A DNA stretch of 63,901 nt, the filler included. It is 5 parts of 5 records of this genome, joined end to end, with 100 filler letters (N's around TTAATTAATTAA, not from the genome) between each part and the next. Parts side by side here need not be neighbours in the genome. Positions count along the whole stretch, not along the records: positions 10,578 to 27,026 come from SRR22947727_3607; positions 27,127 to 48,960 come from SRR22947727_3613; 3 more parts are not named here. The stretch is one strand, 5' to 3'. Positions within the stretch are counted from its first letter, which is position 1, and every line of letters starts with the position of its first letter. The notes under the pieces were generated by a model. The model did not search any database and was not told where the DNA came from. It saw only the letters and a list, made by a program, of their open reading frames with translations. Shown here piece after piece: positions 21,671 to 41,465 of this stretch. The position numbers were made by a program, and so were the translations under genes.

Positions 21671-23056
21671 ATGTCCGACAATCCTTTTGCCAAAATCCCT
21701 GCGGTCGAAAAAGTTCTCCACGCCCTCGAAACGGGAACTGATCCCCTGCCCCCGATCCCGCGCCCATTGATTGCGGAAACCGTTCGCGAGGAAGTGGATT
21801 CGCTCCGGGCCGAGGTCAAAGGCGGAAAGACTGACGTGGCAGACTTCGAAATCATCGTCGAAGGAATTCGAAAGACGCTGGTGTCACTGCATCGCTCACG
21901 GATTCATACCGTCATCAACGGAACCGGAATCATCATTCACACCAATCTCGGGCGGTCACCGATGAGCGCCGAAACAGTAGAGCTAATCTCGGCATCCGCT
22001 CGTTATTACAATAACATCGAGCTTGATTTAGAAACCGGTGAGCGCGGGCCACGGGGCGGGTATCTCGAGCGCAGTCTGCGGCTTTTGTGTGAAGCCGAGT
22101 CTGCCACGATCGTTAATAATTGCGCAGCAGCCCTGATTCTGATTCTCCGCTATTTGGCAAATGGTGAAAAAAACGAAGTGATTATTTCGCGCGGCGAACT
22201 GGTTGAAATCGGTGGCGGATTTCGCGTTCCTGAAATCATGGAAACGAGCGGCGCGAAGCTGCGCGAGGTCGGCGCGACGAATAAAACCTCGCTGGCAGAT
22301 TACGAAAAAGCGATCACTCCGAATACGGGAATGTTACTGAAAGTGCATCGCTCCAATTTCTGGATGGATGGATTTATTGGCGAACCAACCACTGAAGAGC
22401 TCGTCGAGTTGGGCAAAAAGCACGGCATCCCCGTGGTCGAAGATTTGGGAAGTGGCGCGATGATTCAGACCGATTCACTGGCCCCAATTCCTCATGAACC
22501 AACGGCCGCGGAAGTTCTCAAGCGAGGCGTCGATTTGGTGTGTGTTAGTGGCGACAAGCTGTTCGGCGGCGCGCAGGCAGGAATCATTGCCGGTCGCGCG
22601 GACTTGGTTGCCGGGCTGAAAAAAGAGCCGTTTTTCAGGGCGCTGCGATGCGATAAAATGATTCTCACGGCCATGCAGACGGTCGTTTCGGAATACCTGG
22701 CTGCGACAGACAAACCAAACCTCCCCTTGCCGACGATGCTTTCTTTAAAGCCGGAAGATTTACAACCCCGTGCTGAAAAAATCATCGCAGAACTGGGATC
22801 CGACATCCCGGTTTGGATCGGCGAAGGGATCGCACGGTGCGGAGGCGGCACGATGCCAAAAGCGGAAATCCCATCGCTCACTCTCGATTTTCGGCCCGAA
22901 AATATGAGTCTCGATAAACTCGCTAAACGACTCCGCGAAGGCAACACGCCGGTGATGGGCTACAAATCTGACGACGCTTATCGAATCGATTTGCGAACCA
23001 TTTTTCCAGAGCAAGACGCGGATTTGATCGAAAATTTGAAAGCCGCGTTTGCCTGA
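21671..23056 (+). CDS. selA: L-seryl-tRNA(Sec) selenium transferase
   Basis: INGTGIIIHTNLGRS, VNNCAAA, SRGELVEIGGGFR, EDLGSG and SGDKLFGG.QAG (PLP lysine). Confidence 0.95.
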   Translation: MSDNPFAKIPAVEKVLHALETGTDPLPPIPRPLIAETVREEVDSLRAEVKGGKTDVADFEIIVEGIRKTLVSLHRSRIHTVINGTGIIIHTNLGRSPMSAETVELISASARYYNNIELDLETGERGPRGGYLERSLRLLCEAESATIVNNCAAALILILRYLANGEKNEVIISRGELVEIGGGFRVPEIMETSGAKLREVGATNKTSLADYEKAITPNTGMLLKVHRSNFWMDGFIGEPTTEELVELGKKHGIPVVEDLGSGAMIQTDSLAPIPHEPTAAEVLKRGVDLVCVSGDKLFGGAQAGIIAGRADLVAGLKKEPFFRALRCDKMILTAMQTVVSEYLAATDKPNLPLPTMLSLKPEDLQPRAEKIIAELGSDIPVWIGEGIARCGGGTMPKAEIPSLTLDFRPENMSLDKLAKRLREGNTPVMGYKSDDAYRIDLRTIFPEQDADLIENLKAAFA

Positions 23057-23074
23057 GTTCAGTTCCGATAGGCG

Positions 23075-25087
23075 TTACTTTTTTGAAACTCCCCAGGCTT
23101 TTTCAATCGCAGCGAATCCAGCCGGATCATGCACCTTCAGTTCTGCGTTGGTGAAAGGAAAAAAGTCGTTTTTCCCAAAATATGCTTCCGTCAGTTCAGC
23201 GAAGTATTCTTTGTGGTTCGACATTGCATACGCTTTGTCCGTTATGATTTTGTTTCCGGTGAAGCGCTTTACGTTGTCGTAGCTTCCAGAAGCCGCTGCC
23301 TTTTTGAAGGCTGTAGTGATTTCCTTTTGATCAAATCCCAAAATGCGATCGTGATACGCATGCGATAATTCATGCAAGAGCAAATAGGGCATGCGACGGT
23401 CCTCGAGTGCAAACTTCATGACGTTGGTAATTTCGATCGCTTTCCCCATCGCGGGATTGCGACCGTTCTTCTTTAGCCAGCCAACTCCGCCATGATATTC
23501 AGCTGTCGGCCGAACGCCTTCGTAAACCGGATTGATCCAAATGGGAACTTCACGAAGCCGCCCCAACGCCTTTTTAGAAACCACTTTAACGACCCGCTCC
23601 AATTGAACCGCGAGCAAGTCCAGCATCGTTGAGGTGAAGACCGGCTCCGTTTGCCACAATTTGTCGCTGAGATGAACGGTCCAGCCTCTCACGTCGAAAC
23701 TCGCATGATGGGGCAGAGCAAATCGCGGGTCGCCGCCGGCTCGCAGCTCGGCGGTCAATTGATTCAAAAGTTGGTTCCGCGTGTCACGAAACGCTTTGTC
23801 ATCAGCCACATTGTTGAGCTGGTCCGGATCGCTTTTCAAATCATATAATTCCTCATTGGCTCGCTGCCCGAAAGCGAGGCGATGCAGCTCGGCGTGTTCG
23901 CCCGTCGTCGCGTTTTCCCGCATCCATTGTTTTGTCGGACCGGGATCGACATTGTAAGAAAAGGCTCCGGGAACAGTCGGCCACGGAGTTTTCTTAAAAT
24001 CGAAATGAAGCGGCTCGCCCTTTGTTTTCCCAGTCGGCCAGGCAGCCGGAGCAAAATTTCGAACGTAAAGAAAATCAGCAGTGCGAATGGCGCGCGACGA
24101 ATTGGGGTAAACATGCCTCTCCATTCCGGTGAGCACCGATTTTCGAAACTCAGTCGTTTCGCCGGAAAGAACCGGAATCAGCGACTGTCCCGTCATCGTA
24201 CCGGGAACGTCCAATCCACATGCTTCGAGAAAGGTTGGGGCCAAGTCAGTCAGGCTCACGAAATCAGAAATCGTGCGACCACCTTTCACATTTTTTCCCC
24301 AGCGAATTGCCAGGGGAACTCGCGTCCCGGAATCATAAAGCGTTGCTTTGGCGCGCGGAAAAGGCATCCCGTTATCCCCTGCCATCACCACAATCGTATT
24401 TTCCAATTCACCCGCAGTTTCGAGGGTTTCGATGATCTCGCGAGCAAAGCGGTCCAGTTGTTCGACTTTCAAATAATAGTCGCCCAGGTCGGTGCGAGCC
24501 GTTTCGTTGTCAGGAAGATAAGGTGGAACCTGAATAGCCTTCAAATCGAGATCACTCTTCAAGCTGGCTTGCCAATCGTAGGCCCGATGCGGCTCACCCG
24601 CGCCATACCAAAAACAAAAGGGCATCTTTTTATCGTGAGCAGTGAAGAATTCGGGAAAGTTTTTGAACCTTGCGCCAAACGGATCATTCCCCCGAAATTC
24701 ATATTTGCTCGGGCTCGCCCCTTTGCGACAAAATCCCGTCCGGTAACCAACGCTCGCAAACAAATCTGGATACACCGGAACGTCTGACTTGAGGGAACCT
24801 CCCAAATTCGCTCCGCTCTCCAACCGCCAATGATACTGCCCGGATACGATGGCAAAACGCGACGGCGTGCACGATGGAGCCGAAACATACGCATTTTCGA
24901 AAAGCACACCCTCACGGGCAATTCGATCAAACGTCGGCGTTTTCACAACAGGATCTCCCAGAATTCCTGCGTGCGGCCACGACCAATCATCCCCCATGAT
25001 AACAACAATATTTGGTTTTTCGCCGGCCGAAATGACCTGACCAACCAGGATAAATGCGATTATCAAAAATCGGTTCACAAAAGTCAT
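23075..25087 (-). CDS. Sulfatase fused to a C-terminal zincin-like metallopeptidase domain
   Basis: CTPSR sulfatase core; C-terminal LLLHELSHAYH and NHKEYFAELTEAYF. Confidence 0.85.
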   Translation of the reverse strand: MTFVNRFLIIAFILVGQVISAGEKPNIVVIMGDDWSWPHAGILGDPVVKTPTFDRIAREGVLFENAYVSAPSCTPSRFAIVSGQYHWRLESGANLGGSLKSDVPVYPDLFASVGYRTGFCRKGASPSKYEFRGNDPFGARFKNFPEFFTAHDKKMPFCFWYGAGEPHRAYDWQASLKSDLDLKAIQVPPYLPDNETARTDLGDYYLKVEQLDRFAREIIETLETAGELENTIVVMAGDNGMPFPRAKATLYDSGTRVPLAIRWGKNVKGGRTISDFVSLTDLAPTFLEACGLDVPGTMTGQSLIPVLSGETTEFRKSVLTGMERHVYPNSSRAIRTADFLYVRNFAPAAWPTGKTKGEPLHFDFKKTPWPTVPGAFSYNVDPGPTKQWMRENATTGEHAELHRLAFGQRANEELYDLKSDPDQLNNVADDKAFRDTRNQLLNQLTAELRAGGDPRFALPHHASFDVRGWTVHLSDKLWQTEPVFTSTMLDLLAVQLERVVKVVSKKALGRLREVPIWINPVYEGVRPTAEYHGGVGWLKKNGRNPAMGKAIEITNVMKFALEDRRMPYLLLHELSHAYHDRILGFDQKEITTAFKKAAASGSYDNVKRFTGNKIITDKAYAMSNHKEYFAELTEAYFGKNDFFPFTNAELKVHDPAGFAAIEKAWGVSKK

Positions 25088-25154
25088 ATGCCGCAGACTA
25101 CCACGCTGAACATGCGATTGCAGGACCCTTGGTGTGTCATAGAATCCCATCGCA

Positions 25155-27026
25155 ATGAAACTCCCACTCGCCGCCCTTCTTTGTCTCAGCACGTTCACTT
25201 TCGCTGCTGACGCCCCTCGTCCCAATATTCTTTATTTTTACGTCGACGACATGGGATGGGGATCGATTGGGCCGAATGGCCAGGCCGAGCGTCGCGCCAA
25301 AGGTCTGCCGTCAGTGAAAACTCCGAACCTCGATAAACTCGCCGCCGAAGGCATGAATTTCACCCATGCTTATGGATGCACGGTTTGTTCGCCGGCTCGT
25401 TCGTCGCAGCAAACCGGATTTCATCAGGGGCACACGTTTGCGGATCGAAATGATCCAGACAACGCCAAGAAAGCGATTCGCACCGATGATGTGACCATGG
25501 GTGATGCGCTTTCGGCTGCCTCTTACGCTACTGGATATTGGGGGAAATGGGGATACGGCGGATCGAAAGAGCAAAAAAATCCCGTCATCCAAAACGTGCA
25601 AACCCTGCCAACTTCGCATGGCTACACGCATGTTTTGACGGAGCTGCATCACGTTCGGGCGCACACATTTTTTCAACCCACGCTGTGGAGTGCTCCGGCA
25701 AAAGGAAATGCAAAAGGTGGACTGGAACTCGCTCCGAATACGATGTTGAAATACCTTGGTGACGCAAAATTTCCCGCGCAACCGTCGAATCACGCGCACC
25801 CGAAATACCCGACAATCAGTTACTGCGACGACGCTTATGCCTTTGCAGCGCTCGAATTTGTTCGCTCCCAGTCAGAAAATTACAACGCAACGAAACAGCC
25901 ATTTTTTGGCCTACTTGCCGTGCAAATCCCGCATGGTCCGTTTGATGAAGTTGCCAAGCTTCCCGGTTGGGATTCGGCCTACGCGGATGATCCCCATTTT
26001 TCAAAACTCGCAAAGCAAACTCAGCAATGGGCTGCGATGGTGACTCGGATTGATGCGCATTTTGGAAACATTCTTGGAGCGCTCGCCGATCCGAATGGCG
26101 ATGGCAAAACAGATGATTCTGTCGTGGACAATACCCTCGTCATTTTCATGTCCGACAACGGCGGCCCTGGGGGCAAAAATAATCAGCAACTTGATGCGAA
26201 CGGCGGCCTCCGTGGCAATAAAGGGGTGATTTATGAAGGCGGCATTCGCGTTCCAACGATCATGCGCTGGCCAGGCAAAATCCAGGCGGGTTCGGAATAT
26301 AATCTGCCAGTCGACGTCACTGATTTGCTCCCGACTTTCTGTGATCTAGCCGGTGTCGAAACTCCTCTTGGACTCGACGGAGTCTCGCTGGCACCGATAT
26401 TGACCGCAGAAGGCGAACGGAAGGCTCGCGAATTTTTGATCCACGAAGCTGGGAAAAATCAGTCCATTATTCGCGGATATCATAAACTCGTTCGGACTCC
26501 GAAAGGACTCGACCTTTATAATCTTCAAACAGATCGCGCCGAAAAGACCAACATCGCAAATGGAAACAAGGATCTCGTAAGCGAGCTTGAAGCGTTGCTT
26601 CTAGGCGAGCGAGTCGATGAGCCCCGCGGCTTTGCCAACACCTACCACCAATGGACGGGCAAAAACGGGGCATCCGCATCTGATCCGGAAAACTGGTCAG
26701 ATTACATTTACGAAAACGAAGGCGTCACCTACATCGAAGAAAAAGGCGGCCCTCAACTTTCGTGGACAGCAACAATCGAACATCGCGACAAAACACCTGC
26801 AAAAATTACCGCTGACAAAAATCTCGGATTTCTCGGACTGGAAATCTGGGGGACGGTGCCAATCGAACTCGCCCTTGGATCGAATATCAATCTCACTGGC
26901 CGAAATGAAATTCGGCTGAAGGACAATGCTGTTATCACCGTTGATGGCGGCACGATTTCATCCCTTCGCTGGATTGATGTTCACGAAGGCGCAACCATCA
27001 AGGGATCTGGAAAAATCGACGCCGTC
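25155..27026 (+). CDS. Sulfatase with C-terminal extension (3'-truncated)
   Basis: VDDMGWG, CSPAR, GKWG, SDNGG and YEGGIRVP; runs into the spacer. Confidence 0.9.
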
Positions 27027-27126
27027 NNNNNNNNNNNNNNNNNNNNNNNNNNNNNNNNNNNNNNNNNNNNTTAATTAATTAANNNNNNNNNNNNNNNNNN
27101 NNNNNNNNNNNNNNNNNNNNNNNNNN
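27027..27126. other. Artificial contig spacer
   Basis: Same N44-TTAATTAATTAA-N44 linker. Confidence 0.99.
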
Positions 27127-27750
27127 CGCTGCCTGTCCATAAAAAAATAACAGATAGGTGCAGTAGGCAGCGAATAAGGTCGATACGACGGTAAACCAGT
27201 TGTTCTTGTCGGGGCCGAGAAAGGAAGTGATATAACGCATCTGCGCGGGCAGCCAGGCACTATTAAAGTGCCGGACGCCAAAAAACAAGTTGAGTTTAGT
27301 GCTCCAACGCATCAGCCAAAGGACGGCGAGGGTATTTTGAATGGTCGGGTTGGGTAAACCCGCACCCAGCACGCAGACCCAGCCGACAACAGTCACCACC
27401 AAGAGCTCGTGATAAATCGTTGTACCGAGCGCTTGCTGAAACCGCCTCCCCTGGGACAGCGCCACACCAGCGGCGGCGGGCGCTTTGACTGGACCCGTGA
27501 TGTAACCCATGAGGTAACTGAGCTCTAACCAGCCCCAAATACCCAGGCCCATTGCAAAACCGGTAATGGTCGCCAAGGTGGTAGCACGCGCAGCGTTGAC
27601 CTCCACCAAAAACAGAGCCGCCACCATAGACAGCGTCACCAGCACAAAAATAATACGCTGCGTTCGGCGTGACCGATGCACACTCAGGAGGGCGAGGCCA
27701 GTCATCAACCACCATAGGAGCACCGCTACAAAAAAAGAAATCCAGATCAT
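27127..27750 (-). CDS. puhE: Photosynthetic complex assembly protein PuhE (3'-truncated)
   Basis: LWWLMTG, WGWLELSYLMGYITGP, YHEL and MRWSTKLNLFFGV. Confidence 0.88.
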
Positions 27751-27752
27751 GA

Positions 27753-28241
27753 TCAGCGAGCGTCGGCGGTCGAAGTCGCGATATCAAGTTCCTGTGCGCG
27801 CTCTAGTAATGTGACAAATACCTGACGGTTGTCGACGCCAAAAGCCTCTAACGCCATCCAATATCCGGTTTCTGGGTCTGAAATCACTAAGCTGCCATTT
27901 TCTAACAAATTGAGCTCAAAAACGCCGCCCGCCTCTAGGTCACGAATGCGCCGCTCGCGCACTAAGCTACGGAGTATGCCGCGTAAAAAACTGCCCTCAC
28001 CCGAGCGGTACTGGGCAAGTTCGATTGCTGTTTGAGACTCCAACACATCAATGCGCCCCCCAGGGCCATCGACAAACAATAGCGTGGCAGATGATACCGC
28101 CGCTGCAACTTGGGGTTCTGGGGGTGAGTAAGTGGCCTCGTCTCGCGATACCGCCCACCCCCACAACAGCGCCATAGCCAGCACCACCCAGACCATTGGG
28201 TATCCGAGTGGTCGCCATAATGTACTGTGCCCACGCGCCAC
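27753..28241 (-). CDS. puhC: Photosynthetic complex assembly protein PuhC
   Basis: GEGSFLRGILRSLVRERR and DPETG...LEAFGVDN. Confidence 0.88.
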   Translation of the reverse strand: MARGHSTLWRPLGYPMVWVVLAMALLWGWAVSRDEATYSPPEPQVAAAVSSATLLFVDGPGGRIDVLESQTAIELAQYRSGEGSFLRGILRSLVRERRIRDLEAGGVFELNLLENGSLVISDPETGYWMALEAFGVDNRQVFVTLLERAQELDIATSTADAR

Positions 28242-28246
28242 CGCTA

Positions 28247-28897
28247 TTAGCTCGCTGGCACCGCATGACCTCTTGTCATCAACTGAGACTCGTCGGCGCC
28301 CTGATCCTGAGTGACCACATCAACCTGCTGACTGGCTACGTCAGCGAAGGCTTTCGCAGCAAGATTAGGGTCACTCAACCCTCTCAGGCAGGGACGCACC
28401 GGGCGGGAATACCATGCCGAAACGTTCGGCCACAACAACACCCAATAGAGCTGCCGGTCAGCCGTGGCGCGCAATAAGATATCGCCTGTTCCATCGCGAT
28501 GCACGCGCAAGTCAGCAGAGATGATTTGCTCAATCGGGATATTGACCATCATTGGCAGCGCCACACCCGAGCGGACCACCAATCGCGCACTGGTTAAGGT
28601 ATACAAAATGGAACGAGCGTAGGCGCGCGCCAGCCAAACCAGTAACAACAGCACGGTCGCCGCCAAGCCGGATTGCCAAACAAAGGTGCCCAGTACTTGG
28701 GCCAGGGGAACGCTTTCTGTTAACCGGTAGATCGTATGCCCACCGATTAACAGTCCAAAGTACAAGGCGAGCTGCGGCACAAAAAAGACGCGCTTGAGCA
28801 TTGCTCCGACGGTGGGTCTACCCTGCCATATCAGCGACTCACCGTCTGGCAAGACCTCTGGAAGGCCTTCGATCGGCTCACCTTCGTATTCCATCAT
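28247..28897 (-). CDS. puhB: Photosynthetic complex assembly protein PuhB
   Basis: EPIEGLPEVLPDGE..WQGRP and YTLTSARLVVRSGVALP. Confidence 0.92.
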   Translation of the reverse strand: MMEYEGEPIEGLPEVLPDGESLIWQGRPTVGAMLKRVFFVPQLALYFGLLIGGHTIYRLTESVPLAQVLGTFVWQSGLAATVLLLLVWLARAYARSILYTLTSARLVVRSGVALPMMVNIPIEQIISADLRVHRDGTGDILLRATADRQLYWVLLWPNVSAWYSRPVRPCLRGLSDPNLAAKAFADVASQQVDVVTQDQGADESQLMTRGHAVPAS

Positions 28898-29652
28898 ACC
28901 AACGATTCCACTCTGTCAGGTGTCGCATACAAATGGCCACCACCGTAGAAGGCACTGATACGATCCTCTTCTTGCAAGGTGACCTGATCTGGATTGGACA
29001 GACCTGGCACTTGCGCAAACTGGTCAGAACGAATCGATTTTACGTTAACAGACCCGTCGCTTGAGACCATTGCCAATGTCATGGGCAGTAACACCCTTCT
29101 TCCACCCACGTCTAACTCAGCGTAGCGGAAAAGCGGTTCGGCGCGGTCCACCCAAAGATCAACCACGGTGGCACCTTGCTGCCCGTCGCAACCGTAGACA
29201 GCCTGGCCACGAGGATCTGGGTCACCACTATTAACACCATGATCCGCGTCCACTCGAAGCGGCACAATTCGCGGCGCACCGTCAACTGTGAGATCAGGTT
29301 TATCCGGTCGTATCGCCCAGGCAGCGGCTCCAACACCATCGACCATCGGATCACCATTGGGTTGCATGGGTGCACCGCTGGCATCATAAATCGGTGTTGC
29401 GTTCACGTCGTATTGCGCCGGCTCTGGGCCAGGTCGCACACGTTCGCCTTGCCCGTGGGCCAAACGATACGTTTTGGGCTTGGGCATACCCCCCATCCCC
29501 GTGCGCAGGTCACCTGATGACATCTGCAAGGGCCAGCCCTCTCGTTTACCTTCACGATGCAGGTAAATGACTAGGCTAAAAAAGAAAATCCAGAAGACAT
29601 ACAGTGCTAGCTGCGCTAGATCCATGTATTCAGTAATTGCACCAGTTCCCAT
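28894..29652 (-). CDS. puhA: Reaction centre H subunit
   Basis: MGTGAITEYMDLAQLALYVFW, REGWPL, GDPMVDGVG and VTLQEEDRISAFYGGG. Confidence 0.97.
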   Translation of the reverse strand: MGTGAITEYMDLAQLALYVFWIFFFSLVIYLHREGKREGWPLQMSSGDLRTGMGGMPKPKTYRLAHGQGERVRPGPEPAQYDVNATPIYDASGAPMQPNGDPMVDGVGAAAWAIRPDKPDLTVDGAPRIVPLRVDADHGVNSGDPDPRGQAVYGCDGQQGATVVDLWVDRAEPLFRYAELDVGGRRVLLPMTLAMVSSDGSVNVKSIRSDQFAQVPGLSNPDQVTLQEEDRISAFYGGGHLYATPDRVESLV

Positions 29653-29676
29653 AGTTGAGTCCTCCCAATGTGGTCA

Positions 29677-31103
29677 TTAACTCGGAAAATCCGCTAATTC
29701 AAGACGCTTGCCATCCTCTCCCACCTCACCCGGTCGCCTTACCAGCCGACCTAGCGCCGCGAGAGCCACGAACAACAAGACAATCTCGATATGATAAACC
29801 GCTCCATAACCTGAAGCGGGTGTTTGCATTGCGACGCCTAATAGGCCCGCATCGGCCCAACCTGTGACTACGTCACGGATTGCACCCCCAGAAAACATCG
29901 CCAGCCCCGTCGCCGCTGCCTGCACGGCGCCCCAAGCGCCCAATGTCAGGCCAGCCATTTTGGCGCCACCGAATACCATCGCCGCGGTCAACATTCCGAC
30001 GGCGAATAAGCCATTGCCGACGCCGATCAAGGTCGCGCCTATTTGAAAGAGGCCTGTCGACTGCAGTGGTGCTGACAGGATCACAGCCACGAAGGCGACG
30101 ATACCAATGAGCACACCGACCGACGCGAGCCTGATCGGATCAACGCCCTTCCTCAGCGTACGTGAGGTCATTAGCAGCGCGAGCACCATGCCTCCGGCAA
30201 ATAACGCCGTCAGTAGCGTTGTCTCACTCACCGAAAGACCTAAGACATGGGCACCGTAGGGTTCAAGCAAGATATCCTGCATCGTAAACCCCATCGTGCC
30301 GAGCCCCAGCGCCCATAAGAGGCGACGCGCTTTGGGCAAATTAATAAACTCATCCCACGCAGACCCGAAAGTCGGCTTCTCGCGTTTATGGTCTGTCAAC
30401 TCTGGATGACGAACCTCTTGCTTCCACATCGCGGTGACATTGAGAATCAGTGTGATCACGGCGGCGCTCTGAATCACTTGGATGAGCCGCACATAATTAA
30501 AATCATCAAGCAACGCTGCAAAGATGACCGCGCTGCTAATCATGCCAATCAACAACATCAGATACAGTAACGCAACCACTCTGGGACGCGTCTCTTCAGT
30601 GGCCAGATCGGTGGCCAGTGCCAGGCCTGCTGTCTGAGAAACATGCATGCCGAGGCCCGTCAGCAAAAAGGCTCCCATCGCTGCGATAGGACCGATGACA
30701 GCGGGCCCAGAATGAGGCTCTGTCATGAGAATGAGCGCAAACGGCATGAACGCAAGGCCACCAAATTGCATCAGCGTGCCAGACCATAAGTAAGGAATAC
30801 GACGCCACCCCAAATACGATCGATGATAATCCGATCGATAGCCAATCAAGGCCCGGGCGGGAGCCAGTAGTAGCGGTATCGCCAGCATTAACGAGACCAG
30901 CGAAGTGCCCTGCCCCAGCTCGACCACCATCACTCTATTCAGGGTACCCGTCAGGAGCACGATGGCCATTCCTGTCGAGAATTGAAATAACGACAGGCGC
31001 CACAATCGAGGCAAGGTGAGGTCAACGGTCGCCGCATCGGCAAAAGGTAGCCAGCGATGACTGAATCCCCCCACCTGACGCACCAACTTGTTGGACGAAT
31101 GAT

Positions 31104-31107
<4 letters not shown>
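29677..31107 (-). CDS. lhaA: LH1 assembly protein LhaA (PucC/BCD family)
   Basis: WLPFADAAT, LTGTLNRVMVVEL and QTAGLALATDLA; lies between bchM and puhA. Confidence 0.9.
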
Positions 31108-39818
<8,711 letters not shown>

Positions 39819-39888
39819 GTCCCCCTCCAACCGCGACATTGGTCACGGCAGCTGTAATACGAATCAGATTAGAGACAGCCCGGAGCAG

Positions 39889-39906
39889 TGTCAAACATTT
39901 TTTACA
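39889..39906. promoter_or_regulatory. PpsR/CrtJ box in the bchF-ppsR divergent region
   Basis: TGT-CAAACATTTTTT-ACA, an exact TGT-N12-ACA. Confidence 0.85.
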
Positions 39907-40051
39907 GCGATAAATTTAATTTTTATTGACACTTATTCTTTTATGTCAACAGTCAACAATGACGTTACTGGGGCTTTTTATCGGGGTTTGAGTATGCGAG
40001 ACTCCGGTTTTATAGCGCTAACGTGTCCAATTATTAAGACACCGGCGTGGC

Positions 40052-41437
40052 TTGGAGGCCGATACATTGCCATCTTCCCCCCATGTGAGCGCGACCGCCC
40101 TGCTGGCCAGTGTCGCCGATATGCAAATCACACTAAACGATTCATTCCGCGTCGCCGAGGTGGCATCTGGCTCAGGGTCACTCCGACAGCTACCGCGGGA
40201 TGCGATCATCGGACGGCCCTGGCTCGAGCTGGTTCGCGAATGCGACACCGCGACCGCGGAGGCAGCACTGACGGCAGCGGTATCAGAACCCGGTACCGCC
40301 CATCGCGTTGATCTGGCACTGGTACTCGGCCCTGAATCTGAGGCACTCCCCACGAGTTGCTGGCTGTGTGCTAACGGTACTGACCAAACGATACAATTAG
40401 CCTGCATTGACCTGCGCGGTGAAACGAACTTACGCCAACAACTGGTCAACGCGCAGCGCACACTTGAACAGGATTACTGGAGCAACCGACGGCTCGAAGC
40501 GCGCTACCGACGCATGCTGGAAATGGTTGCTGAAGGGTTTCTGGTGGTCGATGACTTATCGGGCCGCGTCCTCGAAGCCAACACCGTCGCCGGCAGCTTA
40601 TTAGAGCTAGAAGCGGGGGCGCTGGTCGGGCGCATCTTTCCGGTCGGGCTGGATAGCAGCGGCAATCGCGCGCTGACCGAGCTACAAAGAGAAGCCCGCA
40701 GTACCACGGGCGTCGTAGCTGGAGAGGTCACCACGGCCGGCGGCGTCACTCTGGCGGCCGGCGTCACCTGCTTGCGCCAAGGCAACGAGACCAGACTATT
40801 GATCCGTCTTGCAGCGCCCTCTGAAAGCACATCAGATCTCGCACTCGGGGGTGACAGTTTCGAACACGCCCCCGACGGTATTCTGATCACCGATCAAAAT
40901 GGCATCGTGATCGCAGCCAATAGAGCTTACCTTGAGATGGCGGGCATTCAGGATGAGCAGCAAGCCACTGGGCGACGCGCGGATCGATGGCTTGGACGCT
41001 CGATTGTCGATCTCGATATATTGCTCTCTAATATTCAATCGGACCGCCCACTGCAACTCTTTAGCTCTCTGCTGAGAACAGAGCTCGGCGCGCAACTCGA
41101 TATCGAACTCTCCGCGGTGCAAACAGACTATGTGGGCAAACCCGTCATCCTGATGTTTATTCGCGATGTAAGTCGTCGTATTAATGGTGAGCGAGCCGCT
41201 GCGGTTCATTTACCCCGCTCAATCGAGCAAATCACTGGCCGTGTTGGCCGTGTGCCATTGAAGCAGCTAGTCAGAGAATCAACCGACGTGATCGAGGCGC
41301 TCTGCATCGAATCGGCACTCAAGCTCACACAAGACAACCGCGCGGCGGCGGCCGAACTACTCGGACTCAGTCGGCAAAGCCTCTATACCAAACTGCGTCG
41401 ATTCGATATCGGCGACTCTGAAGATACGGCGACCTAA
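40052..41437 (+). CDS. ppsR: Transcriptional repressor PpsR (PAS-Q-linker-PAS-PAS-HTH)
   Basis: QQLVNAQRTLEQDYW and VGRVPLKQLVRESTDVIEALCIESAL..DNRAAAAELLGLSRQSLYTKLRRF. Confidence 0.95.
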   Translation: MEADTLPSSPHVSATALLASVADMQITLNDSFRVAEVASGSGSLRQLPRDAIIGRPWLELVRECDTATAEAALTAAVSEPGTAHRVDLALVLGPESEALPTSCWLCANGTDQTIQLACIDLRGETNLRQQLVNAQRTLEQDYWSNRRLEARYRRMLEMVAEGFLVVDDLSGRVLEANTVAGSLLELEAGALVGRIFPVGLDSSGNRALTELQREARSTTGVVAGEVTTAGGVTLAAGVTCLRQGNETRLLIRLAAPSESTSDLALGGDSFEHAPDGILITDQNGIVIAANRAYLEMAGIQDEQQATGRRADRWLGRSIVDLDILLSNIQSDRPLQLFSSLLRTELGAQLDIELSAVQTDYVGKPVILMFIRDVSRRINGERAAAVHLPRSIEQITGRVGRVPLKQLVRESTDVIEALCIESALKLTQDNRAAAAELLGLSRQSLYTKLRRFDIGDSEDTAT

Positions 41438-41465
41438 TCACACGTCGCGGGGCTCATTGTCCTCT

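Noticed and set aside
39853-39964. Additional PpsR boxes starting at TGT 39853 and 39944
   Set aside because: Neither ends in ACA at the N12 spacing (ATT and ATG respectively).
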